A DNA stretch of 64,000 bases, from assembly GCA_041658565.1 (NCBI GenBank), contig JBAZZY010000010.1:11881-75880 (forward strand), written 5' to 3'. Below, piece after piece: positions 1-9,381 of this stretch. A model generated the notes under the pieces. That model did no database searches. It was not told the DNA's origin and was given only the letters and a program-made list of their open reading frames with translations. The DNA is from Actinomycetota bacterium (lineage in GTDB: Bacteria; Actinomycetota; AC-67). The translations under genes were made by a program, and so were the position numbers. The number at the start of each line of letters is the position of its first letter. Within the stretch, counting starts at the first letter, position 1.

Positions 1-1311
1 GTGGTGTGGATCATCGACCGCAATGTCACCGGAACGCGGCTCGGGCGCGCGCTTCACGGGATCCGCGAGGACGAGAACGTCGCGGCCTCCTTCGGCGTGG
101 ACGTTCCGCGCTTCAAGCTCACCGCGTTCGTGCTTGCCGGGACACTCGCCGGTGTCGCCGGCGCGCTGCACGCTCCCCTGCTCTCGCTCGCACAGTCCGA
201 GGCGTACACGCTGCAGTTGTCGCTGCAGTTCGTGATCATCGTCGTGGTCGGCGGCCTCGGATCGCGCGTCGGAGTGATGGTCGCCGCGATCTTCTTCGGC
301 GTCCTGCCGGAGGTCTTCGGTTTCTTGCAGGCATGGCAGTTCGCCGTGGGCGCCGGACTACTCGTCTACACGCTCGCGCGCCATCCCGGCGGCATCGCGC
401 AAGCGTTGCGCGAATCGGCCGAGCGCAAGCGTCGTCCCGACGAGGAGGACGACACCGACCGCGGCCTGCCCGATCTGCCGCACGTAAGCGTCGGGCGCGC
501 GCGCCCCGAGTCTCCCGCCGACGGCGTGCTGCTGCGCGCGCGCGACGTCTCGGTTCGCTTCGGAGGGCTGCAGGCACTCGACGGCGCCGAGATCGCAGTC
601 CGCGAGAACTCCATCGCCGGCTTGATCGGACCTAATGGGGCAGGAAAGACCACGTTTTTCAACGTGCTTTCGGGCTTCCAGCCGCACGAGCGCGGACGCG
701 TTGAGTTCCTCGGGCGCGATGTCACCGCACTCGGTCCGCACCGGCGCGCCGCAATGGGCGTCGGACGCACCTTCCAACTCGCCGGGCTCGCGCGCAACCT
801 CTCGGTCGAAGAGAACTTCCTTTTGGCGCAGCACTCTCTGGCCGGCTACGGCGCGATCGAAGCAATCGTTCGCTCGCCGCGCGCGCGCCGCGAGGAGGCC
901 GCGATGCGTCGGCGCGCGCGCGAGGCGCTGGTCGCACTCGGCTTCGAGCGCTACGCCGAGCGCGCGGTGAGCACACTCTCGGGCGGCCAGCAGCGCCTGG
1001 TTGAACTCGGATGCGCGCTGGTCACCGGACCCTCGCTCCTGCTGCTCGACGAACCGTCGGCGGGCCTTAGCCCCGCCGCAACCGAGAGCCTCGCGGAGCG
1101 ACTTCGCACCGTGCGCGACGAACACGGTGTGACCATCTTGTTGATCGAGCACCACATCCCGCTCGTCGCCGCCGTGTGCGACGAAGTCACCGTGTTCAAC
1201 CTCGGAACCCTGCTCGCCTCGGGCCCCACCGCCGACGTGATCGGCAATCCCGCCGTCATCGCAGCCTACTTGGGTGAGGACGCGGCGGCGGACGAGGAGG
1301 CGGTGAAATGA
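1..1311 (+). CDS. Branched-chain amino acid ABC transporter, fused permease (LivM-like C-terminal TM segments) and ATP-binding (LivG-like) protein; 5' end outside window
   Basis: Continuous ORF. N-terminal part is a hydrophobic LivM-type permease tail. After an acidic linker comes a Walker A (GPNGAGKTT), ABC signature (LSGGQQRLVELGCAL) and Walker B (LLLLDEP). Confidence 0.8.
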   Translation: MVWIIDRNVTGTRLGRALHGIREDENVAASFGVDVPRFKLTAFVLAGTLAGVAGALHAPLLSLAQSEAYTLQLSLQFVIIVVVGGLGSRVGVMVAAIFFGVLPEVFGFLQAWQFAVGAGLLVYTLARHPGGIAQALRESAERKRRPDEEDDTDRGLPDLPHVSVGRARPESPADGVLLRARDVSVRFGGLQALDGAEIAVRENSIAGLIGPNGAGKTTFFNVLSGFQPHERGRVEFLGRDVTALGPHRRAAMGVGRTFQLAGLARNLSVEENFLLAQHSLAGYGAIEAIVRSPRARREEAAMRRRAREALVALGFERYAERAVSTLSGGQQRLVELGCALVTGPSLLLLDEPSAGLSPAATESLAERLRTVRDEHGVTILLIEHHIPLVAAVCDEVTVFNLGTLLASGPTADVIGNPAVIAAYLGEDAAADEEAVK

Positions 1312-2087
1312 CCGTCGAAAACCCGATGCTGGAAGTGCGCGGTCTGGTCTCCGGATTCGGCCACAACACCGTTCTGCACGGCGTGAACCTCACCGTCGGG
1401 CGTGGTGAGTTCGCCGCGCTGCTCGGACTCAACGGCGCCGGCAAGTCGGTCACGCTCAAGAACATCTCGGGTTTGCTCACCCCCTGGAAGGGCTCGGTCA
1501 TCCTCGACGGGCGCGACATCACCAAGCTCGACCCGGAAGACCGCGTGCTCGCCGGACTTGGTCACGTCCCCCAGGGACGCCAGGTATTCCCGCACCTGTC
1601 GGTGGCCGAGAACCTGCGCCTCGGCGGCGCGACCGTTCGCGACCGCGCGCGCTACAACGACGCGCTGGCGCGCGTATACGAGTCGTTCCCGCGCTTGGGC
1701 GAGCGCCGCGCGCAACTCGCCGGAACGCTCTCCGGCGGAGAGCAAGCCATGCTCGCGGTCGGGCGCGCGCTCATGCCCTCGCCGCGCCTGGTGCTGATCG
1801 ACGAGCCGTCGGCCGGCCTGTCCCCCATCGCGCTCGCGGAGTTGCTGGGAATCATCCGCGAGGTCAACCGCACCGGGGTGACCGTGCTGATGGTCGAGCA
1901 AAACACAACGTTTACCTTGCGGATCGCAGACACCATCCATGTGATGCAGAAAGGAAGCATCGTGCTGTCATCGGCCGTGTCTGAGTTGTCGGACCCGAAC
2001 GAACTGCTCGCGCACCTCGGCGTCGGCGCGCTCATGCGCGACCGCATCGCGCGCGAAGTTGCCGCGCGCCGCGGCGCGTCTTCCTGA
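1308..2087 (+). CDS. livF: Branched-chain amino acid ABC transporter ATP-binding protein (LivF-type)
   Basis: ATGA overlap with upstream gene. Walker A GLNGAGKS, signature LSGGEQAML, Walker B LVLIDEPS. About 259 aa, typical LivF size. Confidence 0.85.
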   Translation: MTVENPMLEVRGLVSGFGHNTVLHGVNLTVGRGEFAALLGLNGAGKSVTLKNISGLLTPWKGSVILDGRDITKLDPEDRVLAGLGHVPQGRQVFPHLSVAENLRLGGATVRDRARYNDALARVYESFPRLGERRAQLAGTLSGGEQAMLAVGRALMPSPRLVLIDEPSAGLSPIALAELLGIIREVNRTGVTVLMVEQNTTFTLRIADTIHVMQKGSIVLSSAVSELSDPNELLAHLGVGALMRDRIAREVAARRGASS

Positions 2088-2129
2088 GTCCCTACGCGCG
2101 CGCCGTCGACGGTATCGGCATGCCGCACC

Positions 2130-2759
2130 TCAAGGGACCACCACGCCGACCGAATTGGATCTCCAGCCGTCACCCCGGAATGCGGCTGCGCGCGACGGCC
2201 CGACGGCAACCCACGAACCGCTGACCAGATAACGTCCGGACGGCAAGGAGCCGCCGCCACAGACCGATCCGTCCCACGCGACCTCAGCGGAGCCCTCCTC
2301 CCCCGCGCGTAGCACCGCCACCCATGCCGGATGATCGAACTCGCGTCCGAAGGCCCACCGCCACACGACGCCGGAGGCATCCTCCACCCAGAAATCGAAC
2401 TCCTGCTCGCCCTGTTGGTAGGCCAAGTCTGTAGTCCCGCGGTTTCGCGCCGTGAGTCGAAATACCCAGTTGCCGGAATCCCCTTGGACATCCAACCGCA
2501 CCTCGACATCCTTGGGAGCCTTGCCGGCGCGTCCGGGCGATCCACAATCGATGGTCCGGCCAACCGAAGACAGGAGCCCGCGCGACGCATCCACCCTCGG
2601 CTCCTCAGTACCACGACCTCCGGATGAGCAGCCGGAGCCGACGAGAAGAACCAGAGCCAAGCCTGCGGCACCAAGTCGCCCGAGAGACGCACCGAACAGC
2701 CAAGAACTCACAGAATCGTCCACGTTCCACCCCGTTCGCGAGATCAGACTTAGGGCCAC
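2130..2759 (-). CDS. Putative lipoprotein with BsuPI-like (intracellular proteinase inhibitor) beta-sandwich domain
   Basis: N-terminal hydrophobic region ending in a Cys (LLVGSGC). C-terminal ~110 aa follow the BsuPI pattern (VFRLTARNRG…EFDFWVEDASGVVWRW…GRYLVSGSWVA). Lies next to an S1 protease gene. Confidence 0.45.
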   Translation of the reverse strand: MALSLISRTGWNVDDSVSSWLFGASLGRLGAAGLALVLLVGSGCSSGGRGTEEPRVDASRGLLSSVGRTIDCGSPGRAGKAPKDVEVRLDVQGDSGNWVFRLTARNRGTTDLAYQQGEQEFDFWVEDASGVVWRWAFGREFDHPAWVAVLRAGEEGSAEVAWDGSVCGGGSLPSGRYLVSGSWVAVGPSRAAAFRGDGWRSNSVGVVVP

Positions 2760-2965
2760 GCGCGGCAGTTCCCGGGGCGAGGCATGAGCCCGTCCGCTTC
2801 AGGACGCGGTCTACTCCAGGACTCACACCGACCACACGCGACGTTCTCCCAGCGCGGGTATCCCGCCGCCCCGTGCCATCCACGCAAACCCCCGGCGAGC
2901 CCCAGACCACTGGACACAAGGCATCCGACCCGAGCGCGCAGGTCACGAGTCCGCGCTCCGAACGC

Positions 2966-4222
2966 TCAGCAGCTTCCAGCTGCGCATGTGTTCAACGGTC
3001 CGAGTTCTGTCGATAGCTGGATGTTGCCGATCGCCGAGAAATACGAAGTATTCCAGTCGTTCTTGGGGCCGCCCCAGAGAATCCCTTTCAGGTTGACGTC
3101 TCCGACCGGCAGTCCCTCCCGCGCGATCATCGCGCTCCCGCTATCGCCATTGTAGGAAAACGCATTCGTCACGTACTGACAGAGCAGCGTGATGTTCGTC
3201 TCGTCAACATTGATGTCAAGGCATGTGCCCGTGACTGTTCCACTCGAGTAGCCGCTACTCGCACCGACTTTGGCAATTCCGCGTCCCGAGATCGGAGCAG
3301 TCTCACCCTTAACCGTGTACTTGCTCGTCCCGTTCCACGCGGGGACCGGGGGCGGGTCACCGGTTGTCGAAGACGCGGATGCGATCTTGCCTTGCTCAAC
3401 GGTGGCCGTGGGTTGCAGGCTGAAGAAGGCCGAGTCGCTGTATCGACACACTCGCCCTGTTGGGCATCCCATGATCCCTGCGGCGAATTCCGGATCGCGC
3501 TCCTCAGTCCCGACCCACACAGCCACAACTGGTTGCCCCATAACCGTGCCCTCTTCGCCACCCCACGTGTCTGTACAGTGGGAGTTGGTCACGAAACCCT
3601 GCATGGTGCCCATCTTCGCGTTAAACCCTAGGGTGCACCACCCCCACAGGGTCTCAATCTTCAAACCCCCCACCATTGGCCGATGATAATCCTGAAGATT
3701 GCTGCGAAACTGAGGTCGCCTGCCCCGAGCCAGTTTGATCGCGCCTGTCGGAATCCCGACCTCAGCAAGCCTGGCCTCAATCGCAGCCACCTGCTCTGGG
3801 GTGCCGTCCACTTCGATGCGGACGACATTGTCGCGCTCTGCCACATCAGTCGATACCGCCCCCGGCATCGACAGGACTTCCTGGGTCGCGCGGGCTTGCC
3901 ATGTCTTCAACTCCTCAAAGCGGTATGTGCTGGCGACCCCAATGACGGAAAACGTACGTAGGTCCCCGACGACATCGAACAGCGCGTCCGCTGCCTGGAT
4001 GGCAAGGGCTCGATCCCCGCCGACAACGCCGACATATACCCTGTGTAACGCCTCATCTACAAAGGCGCCTGCAAACTCGGGCACCTGGTGCGAAACCTCG
4101 AGGAACACGCCATCGCCAACTGCGGTCACCGATGTTGTTGGGGTGTCCGGTGACGATTCGCTCACCGCGGGAAGAATAAGAAGAAGCACTGTCATCGCGG
4201 AGACAAGGATTCGGCTCATCAC
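2966..4222 (-). CDS. Secreted S1-family serine protease (alpha-lytic protease/streptogrisin-like) with N-terminal propeptide
   Basis: Signal peptide MSRILVSAMTVLLLILPAVS (start chosen at this Met; ORF extends to 4342). Catalytic His context TNSHC, Ser context GDSGS, and C-terminal Cys pairs typical of the S1E family. GC content is clearly lower than surrounding genes. Confidence 0.75.
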   Translation of the reverse strand: MMSRILVSAMTVLLLILPAVSESSPDTPTTSVTAVGDGVFLEVSHQVPEFAGAFVDEALHRVYVGVVGGDRALAIQAADALFDVVGDLRTFSVIGVASTYRFEELKTWQARATQEVLSMPGAVSTDVAERDNVVRIEVDGTPEQVAAIEARLAEVGIPTGAIKLARGRRPQFRSNLQDYHRPMVGGLKIETLWGWCTLGFNAKMGTMQGFVTNSHCTDTWGGEEGTVMGQPVVAVWVGTEERDPEFAAGIMGCPTGRVCRYSDSAFFSLQPTATVEQGKIASASSTTGDPPPVPAWNGTSKYTVKGETAPISGRGIAKVGASSGYSSGTVTGTCLDINVDETNITLLCQYVTNAFSYNGDSGSAMIAREGLPVGDVNLKGILWGGPKNDWNTSYFSAIGNIQLSTELGPLNTCAAGSC

Positions 4223-4330
4223 GCGTCCCCCTTGGGATCGGCAACAGACAGGCAGGCGTTCCGTCCCGGTCGACGCTTTCGGATGCCGAGGATGGATGAG
4301 TGGGCCGACGCCAGGACAAAAGAGTAAATA

Positions 4331-4344
4331 ACACACACACACAC
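4331..4344. repeat. (AC)7 dinucleotide microsatellite about 110 bp upstream of the S1 protease start
   Basis: Direct reading: aaata-acacacacacacac-tgtc. Confidence 0.9.
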
Positions 4345-4404
4345 ACTGTCAAGGGCCCGACGAGGGGCTCGCGAACAACGCGATTCGCTGCTCGTAGGGA
4401 GGCC

Positions 4405-4537
4405 TACGCGCGCGCCGCGCGCGCGACGTTGTCGATCAGCATGGCCACGGTCATTGGGCCGACTCCGCCGGGGACAGGAGTGATCGCGCTCGCGATCTCG
4501 GACACCGGCCCGAAGTCCACGTCGCCGATCAAGCCGG
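4405..4537 (-). repeat. Duplicated folD 3' end (about 133 bp, ~96% identical to 5238..5370), direct repeat copy A; encodes only the last ~44 aa of FolD
   Basis: Near-identical nucleotide run beginning exactly at a stop codon (ctacgcgcgcgccgcgcgcgcgacgttgtcgatcagcatggcc…). Translation [44 protein letters not shown] equals the C-terminus of the intact FolD. Confidence 0.85.
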
Positions 4538-4765
4538 CGCGCGTCGGCGAACGAAGAACAGCCAAACCCAGTACATCGTTACGCCGAAGCCCGGCGCCAG
4601 CAGAATGAGGACGACCCACACCCAAACCCGCGCGCGCGCGGCGTGAACGAGCGACGCGATCGTCACCGACAGCAGGATCAGCGGCAGGACTACGGCCAGG
4701 CCACCTCGCCACGGATCCGACGAGGGGGCCCGCGTGACCTGCGCCCACAGAACTAGCGCGACCAC
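4529..4765 (-). CDS. Small hydrophobic hypothetical protein (78 aa, 2 TM segments); doubtful
   Basis: ORF between the folD repeats. Strongly hydrophobic, but its 3' end runs into repeat copy A. Confidence 0.2.
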   Translation of the reverse strand: MVALVLWAQVTRAPSSDPWRGGLAVVLPLILLSVTIASLVHAARARVWVWVVLILLAPGFGVTMYWVWLFFVRRRAPA

Positions 4766-5124
4766 CGATCCGCAAACCCCGGGTTGAATACCCGAACTCC
4801 AGAGGTTCTCATGGGCAGACTTCCTACGACACGGCTTCCGCTCGGGCTCGCATAGATCGGAATCGACGCTGCGTCCCTTCCCGGGCCAAGGGGATCGGCA
4901 TTCAGGTCATTCTTGTCGACATAGCCGATCGTCTCGCCGTTGGGACCCACCACGCCGATACGGGCCGGCATCTTCGAGAAATCACCCCGCCCGTCGGCGT
5001 CCACCCAAGAGGGCCTTGGTGGGGCGGACCCCGTATCCGTCACAGATGACACAGCGAAGATGCCGCTGAGCACAACGACGATCCCGAGAACGGTCCCGCG
5101 CCTGGATGAGGCTCGCATCTCCAT
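4753..5124 (-). CDS. Small secreted hypothetical protein (123 aa)
   Basis: N-terminal signal-like segment [20 protein letters not shown]. No recognisable domain. Sits inside the segment bracketed by the folD 3' direct repeats. Confidence 0.4.
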   Translation of the reverse strand: MEMRASSRRGTVLGIVVVLSGIFAVSSVTDTGSAPPRPSWVDADGRGDFSKMPARIGVVGPNGETIGYVDKNDLNADPLGPGRDAASIPIYASPSGSRVVGSLPMRTSGVRVFNPGFADRWSR

Positions 5125-5237
5125 CCCCTCCTTGGCTCCGTCATGTCGACGGTGTCAACCGCCGCGTCACCGCCCGACTCCCGCGAGAATATTGATGCGG
5201 TGAATATCAATCAAGGGAGCCGCAACCCATGGCCCCG

Positions 5238-6089
5238 TTACGCGCGCGCCGCGCGCGCGACGTTGTCGATCAGCATGGCCACAGTCATTGGGCCGACTCC
5301 GCCGGGGACCGGAGTGATCGCGCTCGCAATCTCGGACACCGGCCCGAAGTCCACGTCGCCGATCAGGCCGCCTTCGGGGCCTTTGTTGGTTCCGACGTCG
5401 ATCACGACGGCGCCGGGCTTCACCATGTCCGCGGTGAGGGCCTTCGCGTGGCCCGCAGCGACAACGATGATGTCGGCCTCGCGCGTGTGGGAGCCGATGT
5501 CGCGCGTGCCGGTGTGGCACAACGTGACGGTCGCGTTCAGGCCCGGGCCCTTCTGTGACAACAGGATCGACAGCGGACGTCCCACCAAGTTCGAGCGCCC
5601 CACCACGACCACGTGACGGCCTTCGACATCGACTTCGCCGCGGTGCAACAACTCGACCACACCTGCCGGGGTTGCGGGAACGAAACGCGGCCGCCCCATG
5701 GCGAGCAGTCCCTGGTTCTCGGGGTGCAATCCGTCCACGTCCTTGGACGGCAGGATCGCGCACTGGATCTCGAAGGGGTCCGCGTCACACACCTTCGGAA
5801 GCGGCAGTTGCACGATGATGCCGTGCACGTTCGGGTCGGCGTTCAGTTCATCGACCGCGCGCAGGATCTCGTCTCGCTTGGCGTCTGCCGGAAGAACGCG
5901 GTCGAACGCGACCATACCGGCGGCAACCGCAGCCTTGTTCTTCATGCGCACATAGGTGGCGGATGCCGGATCCTCGCCGATGAGCAAGTCCACGAAACCC
6001 GGAGTCACACCGGCGCGCGCCACGCGTTCGGCGACCTCGGCGCGCACCTGCGCGGCGATCGCCTTTCCGTCGATTATTCGCGCTGCCAT
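5238..6089 (-). CDS. folD: Bifunctional methylenetetrahydrofolate dehydrogenase/cyclohydrolase FolD
   Basis: [19 protein letters not shown]…YVRMKNKA…GIIVQLPLP…[15 protein letters not shown]. Start taken at MAARIID (ATGA overlap with purH stop). The longer 526-aa ORF is an upstream in-frame extension artefact. Confidence 0.9.
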   Translation of the reverse strand: MAARIIDGKAIAAQVRAEVAERVARAGVTPGFVDLLIGEDPASATYVRMKNKAAVAAGMVAFDRVLPADAKRDEILRAVDELNADPNVHGIIVQLPLPKVCDADPFEIQCAILPSKDVDGLHPENQGLLAMGRPRFVPATPAGVVELLHRGEVDVEGRHVVVVGRSNLVGRPLSILLSQKGPGLNATVTLCHTGTRDIGSHTREADIIVVAAGHAKALTADMVKPGAVVIDVGTNKGPEGGLIGDVDFGPVSEIASAITPVPGGVGPMTVAMLIDNVARAARA

Positions 6090-7630
6090 CAGCCGTGCCG
6101 GAAGTGACGGGTGCCGGTGAAGACCATCGGGATGCCGTGCTCGTTCGCCGCGGCGATGACCTCGTCGTCGCGAACCGAGCCGCCCGGCTGGATCACCGCG
6201 GCGGCGCCCGCGGCGGCTCCGACATCGAGTCCGTCGCGGAAGGGGAAGAACGCGTCGGAGGCCATGACCGAGCCGCGCGCGCGATCCCCTGCCTTGCGCG
6301 CGGCGATCTCGGCCGCGTCCACTCGGCTCACTTGGCCGGCGCCGATCCCAACCGTCGCGCCGTCGGACGCAAGCACGATCGCGTTGGAGCGAACGTGTTT
6401 GCACGCGCGCCAGGCGAACAACAGGTCGCGCCACTGATCTTCGGTGGGCTCGGCGCGCGTCACCACGGTCATGTCGGCGCGGTCGTCGGCTGCGGTGTCG
6501 GGATCCTGAACCAAGAACCCACCCGAGATCCGGCGGAACGCGCGCTCGACCGGCGGCGTCGCGTCCAGCACCAACAAACGAAGGTTCTTTCGCTCCTGAA
6601 GCACCGCGATGGCACCCGCCTCGAATCCCGGCGCGACGATGCACTCGGTGAAGATCTCGGCGAGCATGCGCGCGGCGTCCTCGGTGACGGCGCGGTTGAA
6701 GGCGACCACGCTGCCGAAGGCCGACAGGCGATCGCAGTCCAGCGCGCGCGCGTATGCCTGCGCAACGTCGGCGCCGATCGCCAAGCCGCACGGAACCGCG
6801 TGCTTGATGATCGCGCACGCCGGCTCGGCGAAATCGAAGGCGGCGCCGAGGGCGGAGTCCAGGTCGAGGTAGTTGTTGAAGGAGAGTTCCTTGCCGTGGA
6901 GCTGGCGCGCGCGCGCCAGCGTCCCCGCTGCGGCGTCCTGCTCGACGTACAACGCGCCGCGCTGGTGGGGGTTCTCGCCGTAGCGCAGCAACTCGCCTGA
7001 GCGCTCAAGCGCAACGCTGATGCGCTCGGGGAACTCGATGTCTTGCTGCATCCAGGACGAGATCGCGGCGTCGTAGGACGCCGTCAAGGTGAAGGCCTCG
7101 GCCGCAAGCGCGCGCCGCGTAGTCGCAGTCAAACCGCCGAGACGGCGGATCTCGTCGGCGACGACCGCGTAGCGCCGCGGGTCCACCACGATGCCGACGC
7201 CGGAGTTGTTCTTCGCCGTCGCGCGCACCATCGCGGGACCGCCGATGTCGATCTGCTCGATCACCTCCGGCCACTCCTTGCCGGCCGCGACGGCCTCGCG
7301 GAACGGATACAAGTTCACCACCACGAGGTCGATCGGATCGATCCCGGCTTCGGCCAACTGACGCATGTGTTCAGGGTCGGCGCGGTTCGCGAGGATCCCG
7401 CCGTGGATGCGCGGGTGAAGGGTCTTAACTCGGCCGCCGAGCATCTCGGGGAATCCGGTGACTTCGGCAACCGGCGTGGTGGTCACGCCGTTCTCAGCGA
7501 GGTGCCGGGCGGTGGAGTCGGTGGCGATGATTTTGATCCCAAGGTCGGCGAGATCGCGACAGAACTCGGCGAGGCCGGTGCGGTCAGAAACGGAGACCAG
7601 GGCGGTTTTCACAGGCACGGTATCGGGCAT
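6089..7630 (-). CDS. purH: Bifunctional AICAR transformylase / IMP cyclohydrolase PurH
   Basis: 513 aa. N-terminal MGS-like domain ([11 protein letters not shown]…[16 protein letters not shown]) and C-terminal AICARFT domain. Confidence 0.95.
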   Translation of the reverse strand: MPDTVPVKTALVSVSDRTGLAEFCRDLADLGIKIIATDSTARHLAENGVTTTPVAEVTGFPEMLGGRVKTLHPRIHGGILANRADPEHMRQLAEAGIDPIDLVVVNLYPFREAVAAGKEWPEVIEQIDIGGPAMVRATAKNNSGVGIVVDPRRYAVVADEIRRLGGLTATTRRALAAEAFTLTASYDAAISSWMQQDIEFPERISVALERSGELLRYGENPHQRGALYVEQDAAAGTLARARQLHGKELSFNNYLDLDSALGAAFDFAEPACAIIKHAVPCGLAIGADVAQAYARALDCDRLSAFGSVVAFNRAVTEDAARMLAEIFTECIVAPGFEAGAIAVLQERKNLRLLVLDATPPVERAFRRISGGFLVQDPDTAADDRADMTVVTRAEPTEDQWRDLLFAWRACKHVRSNAIVLASDGATVGIGAGQVSRVDAAEIAARKAGDRARGSVMASDAFFPFRDGLDVGAAAGAAAVIQPGGSVRDDEVIAAANEHGIPMVFTGTRHFRHG

Positions 7631-7661
7631 GTCGCCACTCTACCGGATGGGCGAAGAGCCC

Positions 7662-8264
7662 CTACAGGCGCCGCACGCGCCTTCCTTCGACCTCGAGGCG
7701 ACCTTCGGCAAACAGCCGTATCGCCTCGGGATACAGACGCTGTTCGACCGCCTTTATGCGCTCGTGAAGCATCTCTTCGGTGTCGCTCTCTTCGACGACC
7801 ACGGCCTCCTGAAGAATGATCGGGCCGTGGTCCACTTCCTCGTCAACGAAGTGGATGGTCGTGCCGGTGATCTTGACTCCCCACTCCATCGCCTCGCGCA
7901 CGCCGTGCGCGCCGGGGAAGGACGGAAGCAACGCCGGGTGGCTGTTCATCGAGGGGACGCCGAGAGTTCGGAAGTAGATCGGTGAGAGGATCCGCATGAA
8001 GCCCGCCTGGATCGCGAGGTCGATGCCGCGCTCGCCCTCGGCGCGCGCGATCGCTTCGGAGAACTCCTCGCGCGAAGCGAAGTCCTTGAAGTCGAACACG
8101 AGCACCTCGACGCCTGCGGCCTGCGCGCGCTCGATCGCCTTGACGCCGGGCCTGTCGGTCACCACGAGCGCAACCTCGTAGTGGTCGTCCTGGCCGTCCA
8201 GGATCGCCTGAAGCAGCGACCCGGTTCCCGAGGCAAGTACCGCGACACGCAATCTCTTCACGCG
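7662..8264 (-). CDS. purN: Phosphoribosylglycinamide formyltransferase PurN (start approximate)
   Basis: RVAVLASGTGSLLQAIL…NSHPALLPSFPGAHGVREA…HFVDEEVDHGPIILQ formyltransferase motifs. The ORF extends to 8450, but PurN-like length suggests a GTG/ATG start near 8264. Confidence 0.8.
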   Translation of the reverse strand, partial: RVKRLRVAVLASGTGSLLQAILDGQDDHYEVALVVTDRPGVKAIERAQAAGVEVLVFDFKDFASREEFSEAIARAEGERGIDLAIQAGFMRILSPIYFRTLGVPSMNSHPALLPSFPGAHGVREAMEWGVKITGTTIHFVDEEVDHGPIILQEAVVVEESDTEEMLHERIKAVEQRLYPEAIRLFAEGRLEVEGRRVRRL

Positions 8265-8268
8265 CGCA

Positions 8269-8730
8269 ATGCTACCCGGTCGGCGCAGCACGGCCCGGCG
8301 GAGGTCTACCATGACGGCGATGGCACGCCCGATCGACTTCTCGGCACTCACGCGCGCGGAACGGCTCGTGCTCGCCTCGGGCGCACTCGGCCTCGTCAAC
8401 GGGATGATCCCTTGGTGGTACCGAGCCACGACCTCGCAGGGCACCTTCACCTACAACTCCGGATTGCGCGGATGGGGAGTCGTGGCGGTCCTTGCCGGGG
8501 CCGCTGCGGTCCTCGGTGCGCTGGCGCGCGGCTGGATCTGGCCGCGCTCCGCCCCCCGCCACGACGGCACCGCGTACCTCGTGCTTGCAGCCGTCGCGCT
8601 CGCGGCGCTGTCGGGAGAAGTGGGCGCGCGCGGAGCGTGGATCGGCGTCTGGGTCGCCCTCGCCCTCGCGTTCGCCCTGGGCGCCGCCGCCCTAGCCCGC
8701 CGCGCCGAACGCCGCCGCGGCTGGAGCTGA
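8269..8730 (+). CDS. Hypothetical membrane protein (153 aa, 3-4 TM)
   Basis: Hydrophobic segments. No recognisable motif. Confidence 0.45.
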   Translation: MLPGRRSTARRRSTMTAMARPIDFSALTRAERLVLASGALGLVNGMIPWWYRATTSQGTFTYNSGLRGWGVVAVLAGAAAVLGALARGWIWPRSAPRHDGTAYLVLAAVALAALSGEVGARGAWIGVWVALALAFALGAAALARRAERRRGWS

Positions 8731-8731
8731 A

Positions 8732-8959
8732 CTAAGAAACCCGGCGCTCGAGGCGCTCGGCGATCCAGACCTTGATCACCGACTGTCGAGTTACTCCAAG
8801 ACGCTTCGCCTCACGGTCGAGCGACTCGATCATCCAGGACGGGAAGTCCACGTTCACGCGTCGCTGCTCCTCCCCCGGCCTGCGAGCCTTGGACAGGTCG
8901 AGGTCGGCGGTGACGTCCTCGCCTTTGTCGAACTTACGGTCGAGGTTCTTCGCCTTCAT
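8732..8959 (-). CDS. brnA: BrnA-type antitoxin (ribbon-helix-helix)
   Basis: 75 aa with FDKGEDVTADLDLSKARR…VNVDFPSWMIESLDREAKRLGVTRQSVIKVWIAERL, diagnostic of BrnA. Overlaps the upstream toxin gene. Confidence 0.8.
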   Translation of the reverse strand: MKAKNLDRKFDKGEDVTADLDLSKARRPGEEQRRVNVDFPSWMIESLDREAKRLGVTRQSVIKVWIAERLERRVS

Positions 8960-9224
8960 AGATCGCCACCTCCTCAGCGCGCGCCCTGCGGACCGAAATC
9001 AACCTCACCCTTTGGTCGCGGTCAGTGCAGATCGCCGACCAATGCTGTCCGGCAATCTGCCCAATGACGACGTACCGGGGTTCGTCTTCCGTACGAGCCG
9101 GGATCTCGACGCGCATCTCGTCAGTCCAGATCGCCTGCGCATCGACGAAGTCGATGCCGTGCTTAGCCTTGTTCGTCTCGCTCTTGCGCCGATCGAACTC
9201 GAACTCCACACCCTTGAACTCCAC
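8934..9224 (-). CDS. brnT: BrnT-type toxin (DUF497 ribonuclease)
   Basis: 96 aa. FEFDRRKSETNKAKHGIDFVDAQAIW…YVVIGQ matches the BrnT/DUF497 signature. 26-bp overlap with brnA. Confidence 0.8.
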   Translation of the reverse strand: MEFKGVEFEFDRRKSETNKAKHGIDFVDAQAIWTDEMRVEIPARTEDEPRYVVIGQIAGQHWSAICTDRDQRVRLISVRRARAEEVAIYEGEEPRP

Positions 9225-9246
9225 GCCCAGCCCCTGGTCTCCTCAG

Positions 9247-9259
9247 TATAGAAACTATA
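9247..9259. promoter_or_regulatory. Palindrome tatagAAActata about 25 bp upstream of brnT; candidate BrnA operator
   Basis: Perfect 5-3-5 inverted repeat in an AT-rich intergenic stretch. Confidence 0.3.
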
Positions 9260-9381
9260 CCGTTCCGACGTCTAGATGACCAGAGACAGCTCGGATCCGG
9301 GTCGCCGCGCACCGGTTCCCGCTCCGACCCCGCAGGGACCCTGAAAATCCCACACTCAATGTTCGTTTTTCATGGTACACT

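Noticed and set aside
5238-6818. 526-aa ORF containing folD
   Set aside because: Only the last 284 aa are FolD. The Arg/Gly-rich extension overlaps purH in another frame, a typical high-GC shadow ORF.
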